Shown here: one piece after another, positions 37,852 through 51,286 of the stretch
How the letters are laid out: each line of letters opens with the position of its first letter
Numbering within the stretch: the first letter of the stretch is position 1
Origin: Anthoceros angustus
Taxonomy: Eukaryota; Plantae; Anthocerotophyta
Direction of reading: 5' to 3'
DNA length: 64,000 nucleotides
Assembly: GCA_010909165.1 (NCBI GenBank)
Contig: MU008159.1
Location: 248,001-312,000, forward strand
Position numbers and translations under genes: made by a program
Notes under the pieces: generated by a model
Seen by the model: the letters and a program-made list of their open reading frames with translations, nothing else
The model's database searches: none
What the model was told of the DNA's origin: nothing

Positions 37852-40800
37852 ATGGGAGTGACGGAGGATGCCGAGAAGAGGTTCGAGCGGGCCATGCAGC
37901 GCCTGCTCTATGACAAGGCTTCGACATCTCCACCCACGCCAGCCGCAAGGTCAGTGCCGGGCTCGTCCCAAGAACCTGGTGGTCGGAGCTGAGTGTCTTG
38001 CATTGGTGCGGCTGGAGCTGTGGGAAGAGGTTGCGGTGCGAGTGAGTGAATGAATCTGTTGCCTTGTTTGGTGTACCTCAGCTCGGCAGGTGCGTCGTCC
38101 CAGGCCAAAGGGAACCCTGGTGCGGATGCGAGGGCAGTGGGGCAGGCTTCCCTGGCAGGGTTTTCGACTCGGCCTCCTCGAGCTGCTGTGAGCACCAGCA
38201 TGGGGGTGATGCCGACGCCGGCGGCATCGAAGCCGGTGTGCAGGCCGTGGGATCGGGGAGACCTGCTTAAGCGGTTGGCCACCTTCAAGTCCATAACGTG
38301 GTTTGGGAAACCACAGGCATGTTGAACAACTTGGTGCTTTTTGGGAGGAGAGAGTGCGTGTGGATGTTAGGTTACAGATGGTCTGAAGCACCGCGCCCCT
38401 TTGGACAGGGGTTGAGCCTGTGCCGTTGGCTGATGTGTAGGTGGCTGGGCCTGTGTCTTGTGCGCGAAGGGGCTGGGTGAACGTGGATGTTGATCTGCTG
38501 GCTTGCGAGAGCTGCGGGGCGAGGCTGAGCTTCACCATTCCTCCAACTTGGTCTCGGGCTCAAGGTATTTTACATGAATGCTGGAGATGTTGGTGGTGCG
38601 TTGGCATATTCGTACATGCCTTTATTTACAGCATTTGTTTATTCCGTGGTGTGCAGCTGAGAGTGCTGCTGAGGCGTTCGCGGAGCAGTTGGATACAGGA
38701 CATAAGTCACTGTGTGCTTGGAAGGGGAATGCTTGTGCTGACACACTTGCCCAATTCCCTCCTACTCCTCTGGCTGCCCTTGTTGAAGGTTACAATGACC
38801 GATGTGAGGCATTGACACAGCTGTCTGCTCTTCCCGTCATTGCCGGCGCAGCACTGGAACAGATTTCGGCTACGCGCTCCAAACAGTTAGACCGGCTCTT
38901 TGCTCAACCCCCACCAATGCTGCCAGGTGGTCACAGTGGGTATGTTCCTGATGTTGCTGGTGGCGACTCTGGGGGAGCAGCAAATGAAAATGCCGTCTTG
39001 AATGCTTACTTTCAGGTATTGGGTGTGGGTGTTCAGTTTACTTGGGAGCCTTGTATCTGCGTGATGCATTTTGCTGATGCCATTAATCTTCCTGTATGCT
39101 GTCTTTGCAGTCACAGAGGGTCATAAGTGTGTGCGGATGGGAACCACGTCTGCTACCCTACACGGTGGACTGTGAGGAGCGATCAGCTCCAGTTGGCCAG
39201 AGTGAGGGCTTGTCACGCACACCACGTGATCCTGGACCAAGTGTGTTGCTCAATAAGAAGTCATCCCCAGCTGAGGAGAAGCTGGAGACAGGATCTGTAA
39301 AGAGGTCAAAGCCTGAGCTGGGTGATCCGGCATCAGCAGTCTTGGATTGTAGCCTCTGTGGTGCCAGTGTGGGTCTCTGGAGCTTTGCAGCAGTTTCCCG
39401 CCCTTCTCCTCTTCTGGGTGCTGTGCATGTTGAGCTGCCAGAAACTCGAGGTAATTTCCTACACGGCCTTGGGTGTGGAGCAAGTGCGATGAGTGGCATT
39501 GAAGGTCACCATGGAGGTGAGAGCAAGCAAGGACAAAGACCGGAAAAGCAGGGGACGGCTGTGGAGAAGGAGAGCGGTACTGCAAAGATGACTGGGGAGC
39601 GATTCACACCATTAACAGGACGTACATTGGATCTGAGTCTCACCATAGCAGGTGGGCCTCCGCCAACACAGTTGAGCTCACCAGCAATGGTTCCACCAGC
39701 TTTTGGACCCATCCCTGGAATACTGCAAAGATTTGGACAGCCAGAAAGCAGTGAGATGGGTGAATGGGCTGCTGCTTCATACGAGTCACGTGGGCCTCGT
39801 GATCCGGAACGAGGAGTTGGCCATGGTGGGAGCACTGTGGATGCTTCTCAGAGTCAACAGATTCAAGCAGACAGTGCTGAAGGAACAGTGGTGGACCATG
39901 AGGGTGATGAGGTTGATTATGGTGAGGTAGGGAAGGGAAAGCGTTCTGTGACGGAATCCTCGAAACGTAAACGCACAGGAGAAAGTTCTGCTGTTGACCA
40001 GGTTTCACGGGGAGCAGCTGTTACAGGCCCTCACTCCACAGAAAAGTTCGGAAACAAGAGACAGAGAAATGACCAAAGCGGGAACTTTGGAGTGGATCGT
40101 TTTCTTCCTGGGCCAAGTGGTCGAGATTTACCTCGTTCATCCTCCGTGAATGCAATAGACACCTGTTATCTGAACAAGCAGGACAACTCCATGGAGAGTG
40201 TGGACAACTTACCTCAGGACAGCGATGGACAGGGAACAGCTGTGAGTGTGGAGAAAAACGAATGTGATGGACAGGTTGAGGGCGGTCGCGGTGTGCTGCA
40301 GGCACAGCAGAGCATATGTCGCAGCACTCAAAACACTGAGCCTGATTCGAGCAAAAGTGATGAAGGAGGGGGCGAAGAAGGCGGTGATACGAATGCTGCG
40401 ATCATCAGCACTGGCACTGGGACTGGTGGGGGAGTGAGCATTGGTATGGGTGGTGGCAGTGTTGGGATGGGTGCAAGCCATGAAGCAGAGATTCAGGGTG
40501 AGATATATGGTGCTGATGTGTCTGTCCAAGGAACAGAGAGTGTTGCTGGTGATGTGGAGTTTGTGACTGAGGTGACAGAGAATCATGCTCTGATGGGTAA
40601 CTTCGTTCCTGAAGTCCGAGGGGACAGCCACGAAGCAATCCATTCTGCCTTCCAAGGGCGAGCTCGGGCTGAAGGCGGCAGCCCTGCAGAAGGTGAATCC
40701 GGGGAGAACAATGAAAAGGACAGCCAAGGAGGACATACAGACATAGAGGGCACACGGGACACTGCTAATGCAGTGATAATGGATGATGACAACCCTGAGA

Positions 40801-41362
40801 AAGAAGTGACTGACGGCTCAATGGGCGCTGCCATTGGTGAAGACAAGCACTCAGGTGAGTCAAAGCTGTTTTCTACCTTTCGCTGCTGTTTTCTGTTCCC
40901 TTGTAACGAAAAATTTCATGTGACAGCAGCAAGACTAGTGGAAGACATGAGAATCTGGGACACGAAGGAACAACAGGAGTTTGATCCCATCCGACAGCAC
41001 CGCCATTTCTGCCCGTGGGTGAACGGGCAGGTAGCCGCAGCAGGCACCAGCAGCAGTGGCGCCCTGTGCGGCTGGCAGCTTACTGTCGACGCCCTGGACA
41101 CCCTGCAAACACAAGACCATCCGCCTGCAGGCATGACGGAGTCCGAGTCCACCGCCTCCATGTACAAGGTGCTCAGCTTGCGTGCTCCTACCCTCCTTCC
41201 TTGCATCCTCCTACCCTCCTTCCTTTCATCCTCTTCACTTCCCTCTCGTAACTCCGTCAACTCACTCTTGTCCTCCTCCAGGCTGACCCTCTGGTCTCGG
41301 TCCGGAAACTGCTGGGCAAGAAACAGTCTCTGAAGCGACAGAGCAGCCGCGTCAAGAGCTGA
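37852..41362 (+). CDS. C3HC zinc finger protein (NIPA/ZC3HC1/Rsm1-like)
   Basis: CRPWDRGDLLKRLATF..WFGKP, CARRGW.....LACESCG, GHKSLCAWKGNAC, CGWEPR, CSLCGASVGLW, EFDPIRQHRHFCPWV, CGWQLT. GT-AG introns; stop at 41360-41362. Confidence 0.9.
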
Positions 41363-42350
41363 CCAGGTCCTCAGGAAGAGACGCGCCATTCAAGTGTGGT
41401 GTGCCTTCTGTGTGGCAGACATTAGGCATATGCCGCGCGATTTTTCAGATACACCTCTCTGTCGGGCCCCAGATAAATGTCCCCATTCCCTTCTCCGGCT
41501 AACTGCCCTAGTCAGTTGTCCCTCACCCTTAGCCGACCTGGCGCTCGAGCGCGCGGCATCTGCCACTGGTTCACCCCGGCCCGGCCTCCCCCTGCAGGGG
41601 ATCGTGGATCGTGCAACCGCCATAACGGCATCGAGATGGTCAGCAGGCAGGCAACAACCGCCCATGTTTAATAAACCCGATTAATGGCCGCGCCGATGAG
41701 TTGACGCGTTAATCGAAACGGATAATCGTACACACAAAGAGCGCGGTGCGGGTACATACTATGTTGTGTGTGCAAGTGGACTGCGGGTCGTGGAAGCCGC
41801 GCTTGGCGGCAACATCGAACGGGACTGTCCACTGGGCTTGGGAGTTGCGCTCTTCTCCGTAGGTCATTTGGTCTGCCCCCCGGTCTCTGATTGCGGCGCC
41901 GCAACGGGCTCCCGCGACCTCCTCATCTTGCACCCGGACGCGGAGAGCTGGAAGTTTCTGGGAATGAAGCTGCTGGAGCTGGCGAGTCCATGACTTGGCC
42001 TGGATTTCCGATTAGCAGGCGTTCACGTATGATGCGGCTCGGCAGCAGCAGCAGCAGCAGCGGCGGCAGCAGCAGCACGGGGCCGGGCCGTCCAACGTTG
42101 TCTGGTTTTCGTGGGCCTGGGACTGTCCCTTCATCTACCTCCGCAGCAACTTCCTCCTCTTTCGGTTGCCGGGAGTCCTCTTCTTGGGCTTGCTTCTCAC
42201 CGGCGTTTCTCGGAATCCCGCTGGCTTGGTGGAAGATATGATTGTGAGATGCTTGCGCAGCAGAAGGGACTCGGACTCGGAGGTTGTAGGATCTGTGGGG
42301 AGGAAGGGAAGGAACAGATTTTGGTCTAGTGGGCGGGGAAGAAGGTGGAG

Positions 42351-44219
42351 ATGAAGGAGGCGGGGGTGATGGGGAGAAATTTGGTGGCGTCGGTGAGCGT
42401 CCGGGTGTCGTGTATGTGGGTGGGAGCAGCTTTGCTGGCCTTCGTGCTCGGGATGGTTAGTACTCCCTTTCTCCGCTCTGCGCCGCCGGATTTCCTCGGA
42501 TTTCCCGGGCTTTCGGAGCCGTCCGGGGTGCTTCAAGCGCAGGAATTGGTGCAGGGGCATCACCCGGCCGGCGAGCAGCAGAACACGGTTTTTGAGGACG
42601 TGAACGTGCTGAGCACGGAAGCAGCGCTGAGCGCGGCGGCGGACAGCGGGGAGGACAGGAAGGATGACAAGGGGGTGGAAGGGAAAAGAGACGGGGAAGG
42701 GGAAGGGGAAGGGGAAGGGGAAGTGCAAGGACCGGCTGCCATGGAGCACTCCTCTCCTGTGCTGCATCGTGATTTCTCGGGTGCGGCGCCTGCGGGATTG
42801 GAGTGGGGGGTCCGAGAGATGAATGCAATGGCGCCGCCTCCTTCGCCGGAGCCGGAGCGGGGAGATGTGGCCAGCGTTGTGGAGGAATTGATGCCGGCTA
42901 TGGCGGATGGCGAGCAGGAGCCGGATCCCGAGCCGGAGCTTGTTGCAGCGGGTAAGTGGGTTCGGGTTGGTCTGGATCAAGCTCGACCGAGCCAAGGCAG
43001 CGTCCTGTTCTCACCAGGGTGATGCAATGCGGTGCAATTTTGCAGATAGATCTTGCGATCTCTTTGTGGGGGAGTGGGTGCCCGATGACCAGGGGCCGCT
43101 TTACCGTCACGACTCCTGCTCCGTCCTGACCGGAGCGCAGAACTGTGAGGCCAATGGCAGACCGGACAACGGCTACTTGTACTGGAAGTGGCAGCCCAGG
43201 GATTGTACTATTCCGCGGCTTGATCCGCGCGCATTTCTCAAGCTCATGCGGGGGAAGACAATCGCGTTTGTGGGCGATTCGGTGGCACGCAACCAGATGG
43301 AGTCTCTTATGTGCATTCTCATGCAGGTGAGATACCGGGTTTGGTTCAGCATTGCCAGAACTTGTTGTGGGCGATGATGTTTTGCAGGTGTGGCTCACGG
43401 TGTGGGTGCGTTTGGCAGGTGGAGCAGCCGGCTAATCACGGTTCCAGGAAGATGCAACGATGGTACTTCAGATCATACCAAGTGACGGTGATCAGGATCT
43501 GGTCCTCCTGGCTGGTGCATGCATCCGGCGAGGCTGTGGATTTTGCACCGGAGGGCTTGACGAAGCTTTTCCTCCAGCAGGTGGATGAGAACTTTGACGA
43601 TTATCTCCCGGGCTTCGATGTTCTGGTTGTGTCTTCCGGGCACTGGTTCACCAAGAAGACGGCATTCGTGATGGACAACGCCGTTGTGGGTGGGCAGCTG
43701 TGGTGGGAGGACGGGCCTGGCCGGAACAGGAGCTACGACAGCACGGCGGCCTTTGCTGTGGCCATGCGGACGGCTTTGAAGCGGCTCGTCTCGCATCCGG
43801 GCTACAAGGGGGTGACTATCCTCAGAACGTACTCTCCAGACCACTACTCGGGAGGGGAGTGGAACACAGGAGGGTCCTGTACAGGCCAGCGGGCTCCATT
43901 GAAGGCAGAGGAGGTGTACAACAGCCCGTATACGGCTATCATGCGGCAGCATCAGCTGGAAGCTTACAGGGAGGCGGTGGAAGCAGCTGCAGGCATCACC
44001 AACGGGTCTAAGATGAGGATCATGGATGTCACACCCGTGTTCGAGTACAGGGCTGATGGGCATCCGGGGCCTTACAGGAACGCGGATCCCAACAAGAAGA
44101 CAGAAAGGGGACCTGATGGGCGAGATCCCCCACAGGACTGCCTGCACTGGTGCATGCCGGGTCCTGTGGATACGTGGAACATCTTTTTGTTCGAAATGCT
44201 GAAGCAAGAGTTTCTGTAG
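42351..44219 (+). CDS. Trichome birefringence-like (TBL/PC-esterase) O-acetyltransferase, YLS7-like
   Basis: N-terminal TM helix; CDLFVGEWV, QNCEANGRPD..YLYWKWQP, FVGDSVARNQMESL (GDS), RTYSPDH, DCLHWCMPG (DxxH); two introns. Confidence 0.93.
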
Positions 44220-44850
44220 AGCTGGCACAGCCTGGCAGCCAATTTGCTGACGGCAAGTGGTCTGATGATGCAGTGAATGTATTATGACTGCGTTGATGAA
44301 GGCACTTCTCTTTGCAGGTCTCATTTATTACGTAAATCAGCCTGTTGGTTGTAAGAAGCTTCTGGAACGACAGACTGGCTTAGCCGCCTGCAGGCCGTCT
44401 TTTTCATGGCAAGCTCTGAACACTTTCTTGTGTGTGCATTCGCACCTCCTCTGCACTGTACGTACCTACATTCTCCTACCTCCGGACTTCTCAGGTTATT
44501 TGAGTGCCTTGTCTCTGCTTGCCCCAGGCTTTCTCGACATGCTGAAACTCGTGAAGCTCCAGAGTCCGATGACTGGGCCCTCGCACACGACACTCTCACG
44601 TGCCATGTACCTAGGGACTTGCTGATCAATCAGTAGTATACGGGCTTCGATGCTCTGTACGAGCGCACACACTCTATGCACTACTACCTATACGGGCACT
44701 TCGAGCGTGGGTATCAAATTGTACACAAAGTGTCCCTGGAAGGTGCCCATGTCGATGCTGCTTTCTACCGGGCTGCTGAGCAAATTGTAAGTGTGCAAGG
44801 CCATGGGAGTACAACCGAGTCAAAGTGGAAGACGTAGTCGAAGAACAGTC

Positions 44851-47441
44851 TTAGAGCAGGGTCTTCACAAACTGTGCAGAGTACCGGATGCTGTGAGGAA
44901 ACCTGCCCCTTGTTACATGGTAATCTAAGGTTGCTTCTCTTTCCACCTCGTCAATGGACTTGCTTGTGGAGTGGAGAGCTTTAGTCCTGTGCTTGAAAAT
45001 CTCTGTGGTCGTTGTCACGTACTCATGCAGCTCCAGTTCCTTGAGTTGCAAAATCATCCCAAAAAGCGACTGCACATCAGCAGCTCGTTTCTGTTCGTCC
45101 AGATCTGCAGGACGGGAAGGTTGTTGCTCGGCCTTCAAGGTGGTGACACAGAGTAGTACGTTGTCTGGCCATTCCTGCAGAGTTCTCACAGTGTATCAGC
45201 TCACAGGCACAAGTCTAGCGACCGTGCCCGTCAGTGAACTACCAGACTTGTGATGTTGATGCGTGGATGGAAGGTCAGATTGTCGTACCTGAAACGCTCC
45301 GTCCAGAGCAGTCTTGAGCAACCAGAAGCTGTCGTCTGAACCCTGAAGAGGATAGAGATCACAAGAAAGTTATTGAAACTTTAGCACTTCCTACCATATT
45401 CAGGATGCAGAAGACCAAAGTCTTCAACCAGGTGCTTCGTACCCGAGCAAAGATGTCATCAACTGTAAGCGCAAATCTTGCATTCCATTGCCGCCCCAAG
45501 TCCTCAAGCACTTGGCCAAGGCTTTTGATCTCTGAGTTTGGCAAAGTCACTATGCGCAGGCCATCTTCCTGGGCAACCTTGCTGAGGGCATAGCTCAACA
45601 GCCATGATTTCCCTGACCCACTTGGTCCACACTGTTATCAATAATAGGTGAGCAGCTTCATTACACACTTCAGGCAGCCCAAATCTTCAGCACTCAGCAC
45701 CACAGTGAACAAAGTTATACGCACAGCCATGTGCACCGGGACTTACCAAGACAACATGTTGCGCAGATGATCCTTTGGCATGCTTCCTCAGATTTTTTAA
45801 GAGACGGTCCCTCTGCTCGGCTTGCACACTAAGTTCACAAGGATGGGGTCGTCCCAAGTGCTTCAGATCTCGCGTGAGCTTCCCTCCCTTCCAAAGCAGT
45901 GCTGTTAGACCAAGTCAAGTGTCAACCCAAGTTCATGAATTGAAATCCCCCCACACTCCAAGGCAGTGAGCTTATATCATCCCAACACTGACCCTGAGTA
46001 GAAACTATCCGGCCCACACCATGCTCTGCATAGTACTCTTCAAGCATTGGCACAGCCTCTGACCACTTCCACAGACCTCCAATCTTCTTCCTCCACCTCT
46101 CTCTGTCTGCAGATTCAGGACAGGCCTCGAGTTTCAATCGGGCCCACACCGCTGCCAACACCCCCACAACCAAGAAATAGAACAGGAGATACCAATGGAG
46201 ACAAAATCCCGTTGCGGTGCCACAGCTGAGCCCTTCAAGTTCTTTGAATCTGCGGTTGCTACGCCATCAGTTTGCCTATCCTTCCTCTCCTCATTTACAT
46301 GCTCCACATCTTCACTCACGGAAAAACCAAAGGGCCTGCTAGTTTCGGTAGCGGCAGGTGGTGCCTTCACTACAACTCGTGAACTAAGGGTTGCTGCAGC
46401 AGCTGTCCTCCATTCTGGTCTGACATCTGACACAATTTCTGAAACCTAAAGCCAAACAGAAACCACCACCTGCTCTTCAGCTCAGATCCTTGATCTCCCA
46501 TTCCTAGCGTTTCACTTCAGCAACAGAGGAGAAGATCAAGCCCTACCCAGCCACTCAAGGTAGATTCCGAAATATTCAGCCTCTGCAATCCGTCCAAGTC
46601 TGAAGAAGCTGCCGCTTGCAATACTGGAGGCACACCTCCTGCCCACAGACTCCTTGAATTTCCAGCACTGGCAGCTGCTTCCGCAAAGGGGTTGTTATCC
46701 CCTGACAGAATGCCGTCCAACAGAAAATCTTCCCAGCTGCACAGCGTCACCAAAATCCGCCATCAGGGCTACCCACAGCAAGAAACAACACTCGTCCATG
46801 ACAAAAACCATGTGCACAAGCAACAGAACCTGGGACTGCGGCTGATAGCCAAGAGCTTAAAAAACTCCCCATACGATTCCAGCACCTTCAACCCATCTGC
46901 TACACAAGACAAAATGTAAGCAACACCGTGAGATAAAAATGTAAGCACAAACAGAAGGTCACAAGTATTCGAGGCAACACCACCATCTCCTCTGCGGAGA
47001 GCCAGGAGCACCCGTAAAAACGCTTGAGCAGGAGGAGCCTTGAATATATCCTGGTAAACAAGAAGCATTGCCGCGTCCTTCAGCAACCCATTCGCAGACC
47101 TCTCTATCCTGCAGACCAGACAGCAAATATCAGCGTCTGCCGTGACAACGCAATGCGAACTTCAGGAAGCTGGATTGGCGAGACAGAAACACGCACTTGA
47201 CTCGAGGGTCTGCTGTGAACCCAATGGAAGCAGACGGGCGAGCCGGATTTCCCTTGAAGCTCCACCACAGCCTGCTCTTAGCTTGAAAGACCTCCCACCC
47301 GGCACACCCCAGCTTGGCAGCGCCTCCATTCCACTGCAACTGCAACGAGCCTGGACAACCCACCAAAAGAGAGAATCCACGCTCCCCCGCCTGAGAGTGC
47401 GTCAGCAGGGGACCCCTGTGCAAGGAAAGCGTGCCCATCAT
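44851..47441 (-). CDS. DUF815-family AAA+-like ATP-binding protein of cyanobacterial type, probable plastid transit peptide
   Basis: LLVYQDIF..PPAQAFL, YGEFFKLLA, WEDFLLDGILSGDNNPF, DLDGLQRL, LEEYYAEHGVG, Walker A GPSGSGKS, LTVDDI, WPDNVLLCVT; multi-exon. Confidence 0.7.
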
Positions 47442-47749
47442 TTCCACTTCCTTGTCACACCAAGCCCATCTCGGCCACGGTTTGCTCCACTGGATTCGAA
47501 GAACCGGACTGGGATTCGCGTGGAATAGATTTGGACTCGGCTGGCAAAATCTCTCGCCACGTGGAGGAGACGAAAATAGCACATATGAATATATTTCAGG
47601 TGAACTCCTTAGCAGACATAGCCAGCCGTCTGCTCAAGAGCTCGCGAGCTGAGGGACGAGCTCCGGTCCGGCTCTATTGCGGATATCGTGTGGTGGGTGT
47701 TTTTACGTTTACCTAGTTGTGGAGGGAGACGTCTTGGCCCGGAGCTGCC

Positions 47750-48671
47750 ATGGACGAGGGCGCGTCGGATGGTGAGGACACGGCTCATGCTCACCACCTC
47801 AAGAAGAGGTCGCGGAGGAACAAGTCTCTGGTCGTTGTGTTCGATCCGGATGCTCGCAAGTATGGCAGAAGATGGGGAGGCAGTGGATCTGTGTCGCAGT
47901 TTCCGTGGTTGAATTCTCGTGTTTTGTTCATGTGTGTGATGTGGAGGGAGCCGGGGTTTAGGGTTTTGTGGATTGTGTGGTCAGGGATTATGTCACTGGA
48001 TTTCAGAAGAGGAAGAATCAGAGGCGGAAGGTTGCTGAGGCTCAGAAGGCGGCCAAGGATCGGCAGAAGCGCTTGGCCGAGAGGAAGGAGGTAACCTCGG
48101 TGCTATACCATGTTTTCTGTTTGTGGGGTTTGCATCCTCTGGAACTCTGAACCTTTTCTTCCATGGATGCTCATCCAGCGACGCATGGCACTAGAAGACG
48201 TCCGTGCACCAGGGCCTGACGGTGGAGAAGCAGCAGAGCTAACCCTGGACGCAGATGCTGGCAGTGATGCTGAGGATTTCCCTTCGGCTCCTTTGGGAGG
48301 TAAGCTCCGCTGTGGCGGCTGCAGTTTCAAGACCCGTAGGACACTGACCTTGATGTAAAGCGGCTGAATGTCTGTTGTGCTTGTGTCCAGGCACCTTGGT
48401 CTACGAAGATGGTGATACGCTCACCACAGTGACCACATGTTCCATGCTGGGGGAGGAAGATGAAGTTGAACTTCCAGGTGCTCTGAGGGTTAGCAGTAGT
48501 GAGGATCGCGTGCCAAAAACCAAGGCCGGCCTTCAGCCAGCAAAGAAGAGTGTGAAGTCAGCCTCTAAGAAAAAGAATTCTCACAGGAAAATTCCTTTGA
48601 AATCTTCCAAACGTAGAAGAACTGATAAATCAAATGGGCGGACTCCCTTGAAGTCCAAGAGGAGGAGGTGA
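47750..48671 (+). CDS. NOL12: Nucleolar protein 12 / RRP17-like
   Basis: LVVVFDPDARK|DYVTGFQKRKNQRRK..., YEDGDTLTTVT, basic C-terminal tail; three GT-AG introns. Confidence 0.85.
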
Positions 48672-49662
48672 CACCATAGGTCTCCATTCCTCCAGTCCAC
48701 CACCCACATCTCCGTCAACCGGATATCGAAACATCTGGTTGCTCAACAACACGCCCATCTTAGTCGACGTCAAGTCCTGAAGGCCAGCCAGCCTCCCTCC
48801 TCACAACCACTGAATCAGCACATACGGACACGAACATCACCGGCATTAGTGAAAGCCGCCTGAGGCTCTAACGCCTCAAGTCAGTCTCTAGTGCATCATT
48901 TACGTTCGCCCAAACACATTGACCCTCCCAAACTCGGTAGGAGTCGTCTGCCTAGGTGGGCCGAAATCTGTGTAACAGGATTCATTTCATCTAGTTCACA
49001 CACTCATAAATTCGTGATTTTATCATGGATTGCATATATGATTTTAATGTGACTAATAAATTTGTTTGTTAATTATTACAGTTAATTTTCACAATTATGT
49101 ATGGGCAATAATAGTATAACATACATGTGGTAAAGCACACACCGTACTTTCATTTTTAATGAATATACAATTTTATTTTTGGTAACTTTTATGATTCAAT
49201 ATATAGTATCTTAAGTTCTAGTGGTGTAGAATTATAATACTATATAGAAATTAATGGTATTAATGTGCGCTACAATGTTAGGATCTGGTCTGATGGTTTC
49301 CTTAACAAGATGTTGGATGGTTTCCTTAATGAGCTAGTTTGTTCAGTATATTAAGACCTTGGAACTAGAAGCATGTTACTAATATTTGAACTTCTATGTA
49401 AACACTTAACCAGCTTATCTATAAAACACTTGAAACTAAGTGCAAACAGATAATGCAAAAATAGACAAGAACCAACATCACGACAAAAGGGTGCTACAAT
49501 TCCGAAGTAAACACTTCAGGAACGTATCCATAGAGCACTCAAAATATCACTTCAAAAAATATCAAATATAAGTTTCATATTAGTGCACTTGAGAAGCTTG
49601 TCCACATATCACTCAAAAAATATCAAATTTATCTAAGTTTCGTGTATGTGATTGTGCTAATT

Positions 49663-50748
49663 ATGGAAACCGTTTTGCTTGAAAACGAAAGTGGAGCAAT
49701 ATCCACATATGTTTATCAAATTGAAACGAGCGACGAAATCCTTTGCGCAATTTGCCTCGATTCTCTCAAACTTGGCGAAGACATTACTAAAATAAATACA
49801 TGTTTCCATATTTTTCATAAAAATTGCTTGCATTTGTGGTTCGCCGCATGCGAGCAAGTAATTACATGTCCGCTTTGTAGAAAAGAAATATACATCAAAG
49901 GACAAAATGGGTTTGATGAAGACGAGGGCACTAATGACGAAGACTTGGTGTTAAATGAAATGCAAGATGAAATGATGAGCCTAGCTGATATGCACACAAG
50001 GTTTGGTGCAAGGGGGGTCCGAGACTATATCGAATTTAGAGGATATGGAGACAGTAATATCCTAAATTTTCTCCAAAGAGAATATGGACAAAGTAGGTTC
50101 AACGAAGACCAAGACAGTGATGATGAAAACCAAGCGTGGGAAGAGCTGGATGAAAATGAAATTAGTGGCGCACAGCACGAATTGTTGTTCCTTGCAGATA
50201 CGCAAAGAGAATATGGTGAAAGGGCAGTCCTAAATTATATCCTAAGAGAATATGGACAAAGGGAAGAAGAGGAAGATGACGAAGAAGAAGACGACGAAGA
50301 TGACGACGAGGACGATGAAGACGACGAAGATAACGAATACGACGAAGAAGACGATGGAGAAGACGTTGAAGAAGACGATGAAGAAGACGACGAAGAAGAT
50401 GACGAAGAAGTCGACGAAGAAAACGATGGAGAAGACAACAAAGATGACAAAGAAGACGATGGAGAAGACGTTGAAGAAGACGATGAAGAAGACGACGAAG
50501 AAGATGACGAAGAAGTCGACGAAGAAAACGATGGAGAAGACAACAAAGATGACAAAGAAGACGATGGAGAAGACGTTGAAGAAGACGATGAAGAAGACGA
50601 CGAAGAAGATGACGAAGAAGTCGACGAAGAAAACGATGGAGAAGACAACAAAGATGACAAAGAAGACAACAAAGATGACAAAGAAGACAAAGAAAAAACA
50701 AAGAAGACAACAAAGACAACGACAGAGAAGAAGTCTGTGAAAAGTTAA
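49663..50748 (+). CDS. RING-H2 finger protein with long acidic repetitive tail (intronless, AT-rich)
   Basis: CAICLDSL...CFHIFHKNCLHLW...CPLCR (C3H2C3); duplicated LAD...G.R.V..YI...REYGQ segment; D/E tail. Confidence 0.75.
   Translation: METVLLENESGAISTYVYQIETSDEILCAICLDSLKLGEDITKINTCFHIFHKNCLHLWFAACEQVITCPLCRKEIYIKGQNGFDEDEGTNDEDLVLNEMQDEMMSLADMHTRFGARGVRDYIEFRGYGDSNILNFLQREYGQSRFNEDQDSDDENQAWEELDENEISGAQHELLFLADTQREYGERAVLNYILREYGQREEEEDDEEEDDEDDDEDDEDDEDNEYDEEDDGEDVEEDDEEDDEEDDEEVDEENDGEDNKDDKEDDGEDVEEDDEEDDEEDDEEVDEENDGEDNKDDKEDDGEDVEEDDEEDDEEDDEEVDEENDGEDNKDDKEDNKDDKEDKEKTKKTTKTTTEKKSVKS
50351..50670 (+). repeat. 105-bp coding tandem repeat x3 (35-aa acidic unit)
   Basis: GGAGAAGACGTTGAAGAAG at 50356, 50461 and 50566; the units appear identical. 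Confidence 0.93.
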
Positions 50749-50853
50749 AAATTTAAGTTAAAGTGTCAAAACATAAAAAAAATTAATATATTGTTTTTTT
50801 ATATAATAATGTTTTCAAAGCTCTTTTTCTTTTTCCCCTGTCGTGGATGCGGT

Positions 50854-51286
50854 TGGCACACTAAAACAGTGTCTCAAAAAAAAAGGAAAGAAGAGTAGAC
50901 GTTATTAATAGGCGAGATGGGAAATCCCATCTACTCCTGAAGTCCGAGGAGGAACAACCCAAAAAGGGCTAATAATAAAAGGGGAAGTTCTAGTCCCTCA
51001 AATACCTTTCCCTTAACTACCTACTGCACCAATGATATCGTTAATCAGGGATGATGAAGGGCCTACCTACCACCGGTGCCGAAGAAGCCGCTAGTCTTGC
51101 GCACATAGTCAGCCCTATAAACATAAGAAGGCTGTCTGAGCTATGGAAACTCATAGGCGAAGAAAGCCACCACAGAGGAAAGGGGGTGGGGGTGGGAGGG
51201 CCTCCAATTCTGTGGCTCTCAAAAAACAACGTGTCTTAAAAAACAATGCGCCCCATTTTTTTTTAAGACATTGTTTTAGTGTGCCA
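50854..51286. mobile_element. MITE-like element with ~30-bp terminal inverted repeats
   Basis: TGGCACACTAAAACAGTGTCTCAAAAAAAA at 50854 versus TTTTTTTTAAGACATTGTTTTAGTGTGCCA ending at 51286; non-coding interior. Confidence 0.6.

Noticed and set aside
42135-44324. Long antisense ORFs (286 aa and 283 aa) over the TBL gene
   Set aside because: Expected by-product of GC-rich codon usage; no domain features.
50162-50740. Repetitive Leu/Arg, Ser and Lys/Thr ORFs
   Set aside because: Shadows of the acidic repeat in the RING gene.
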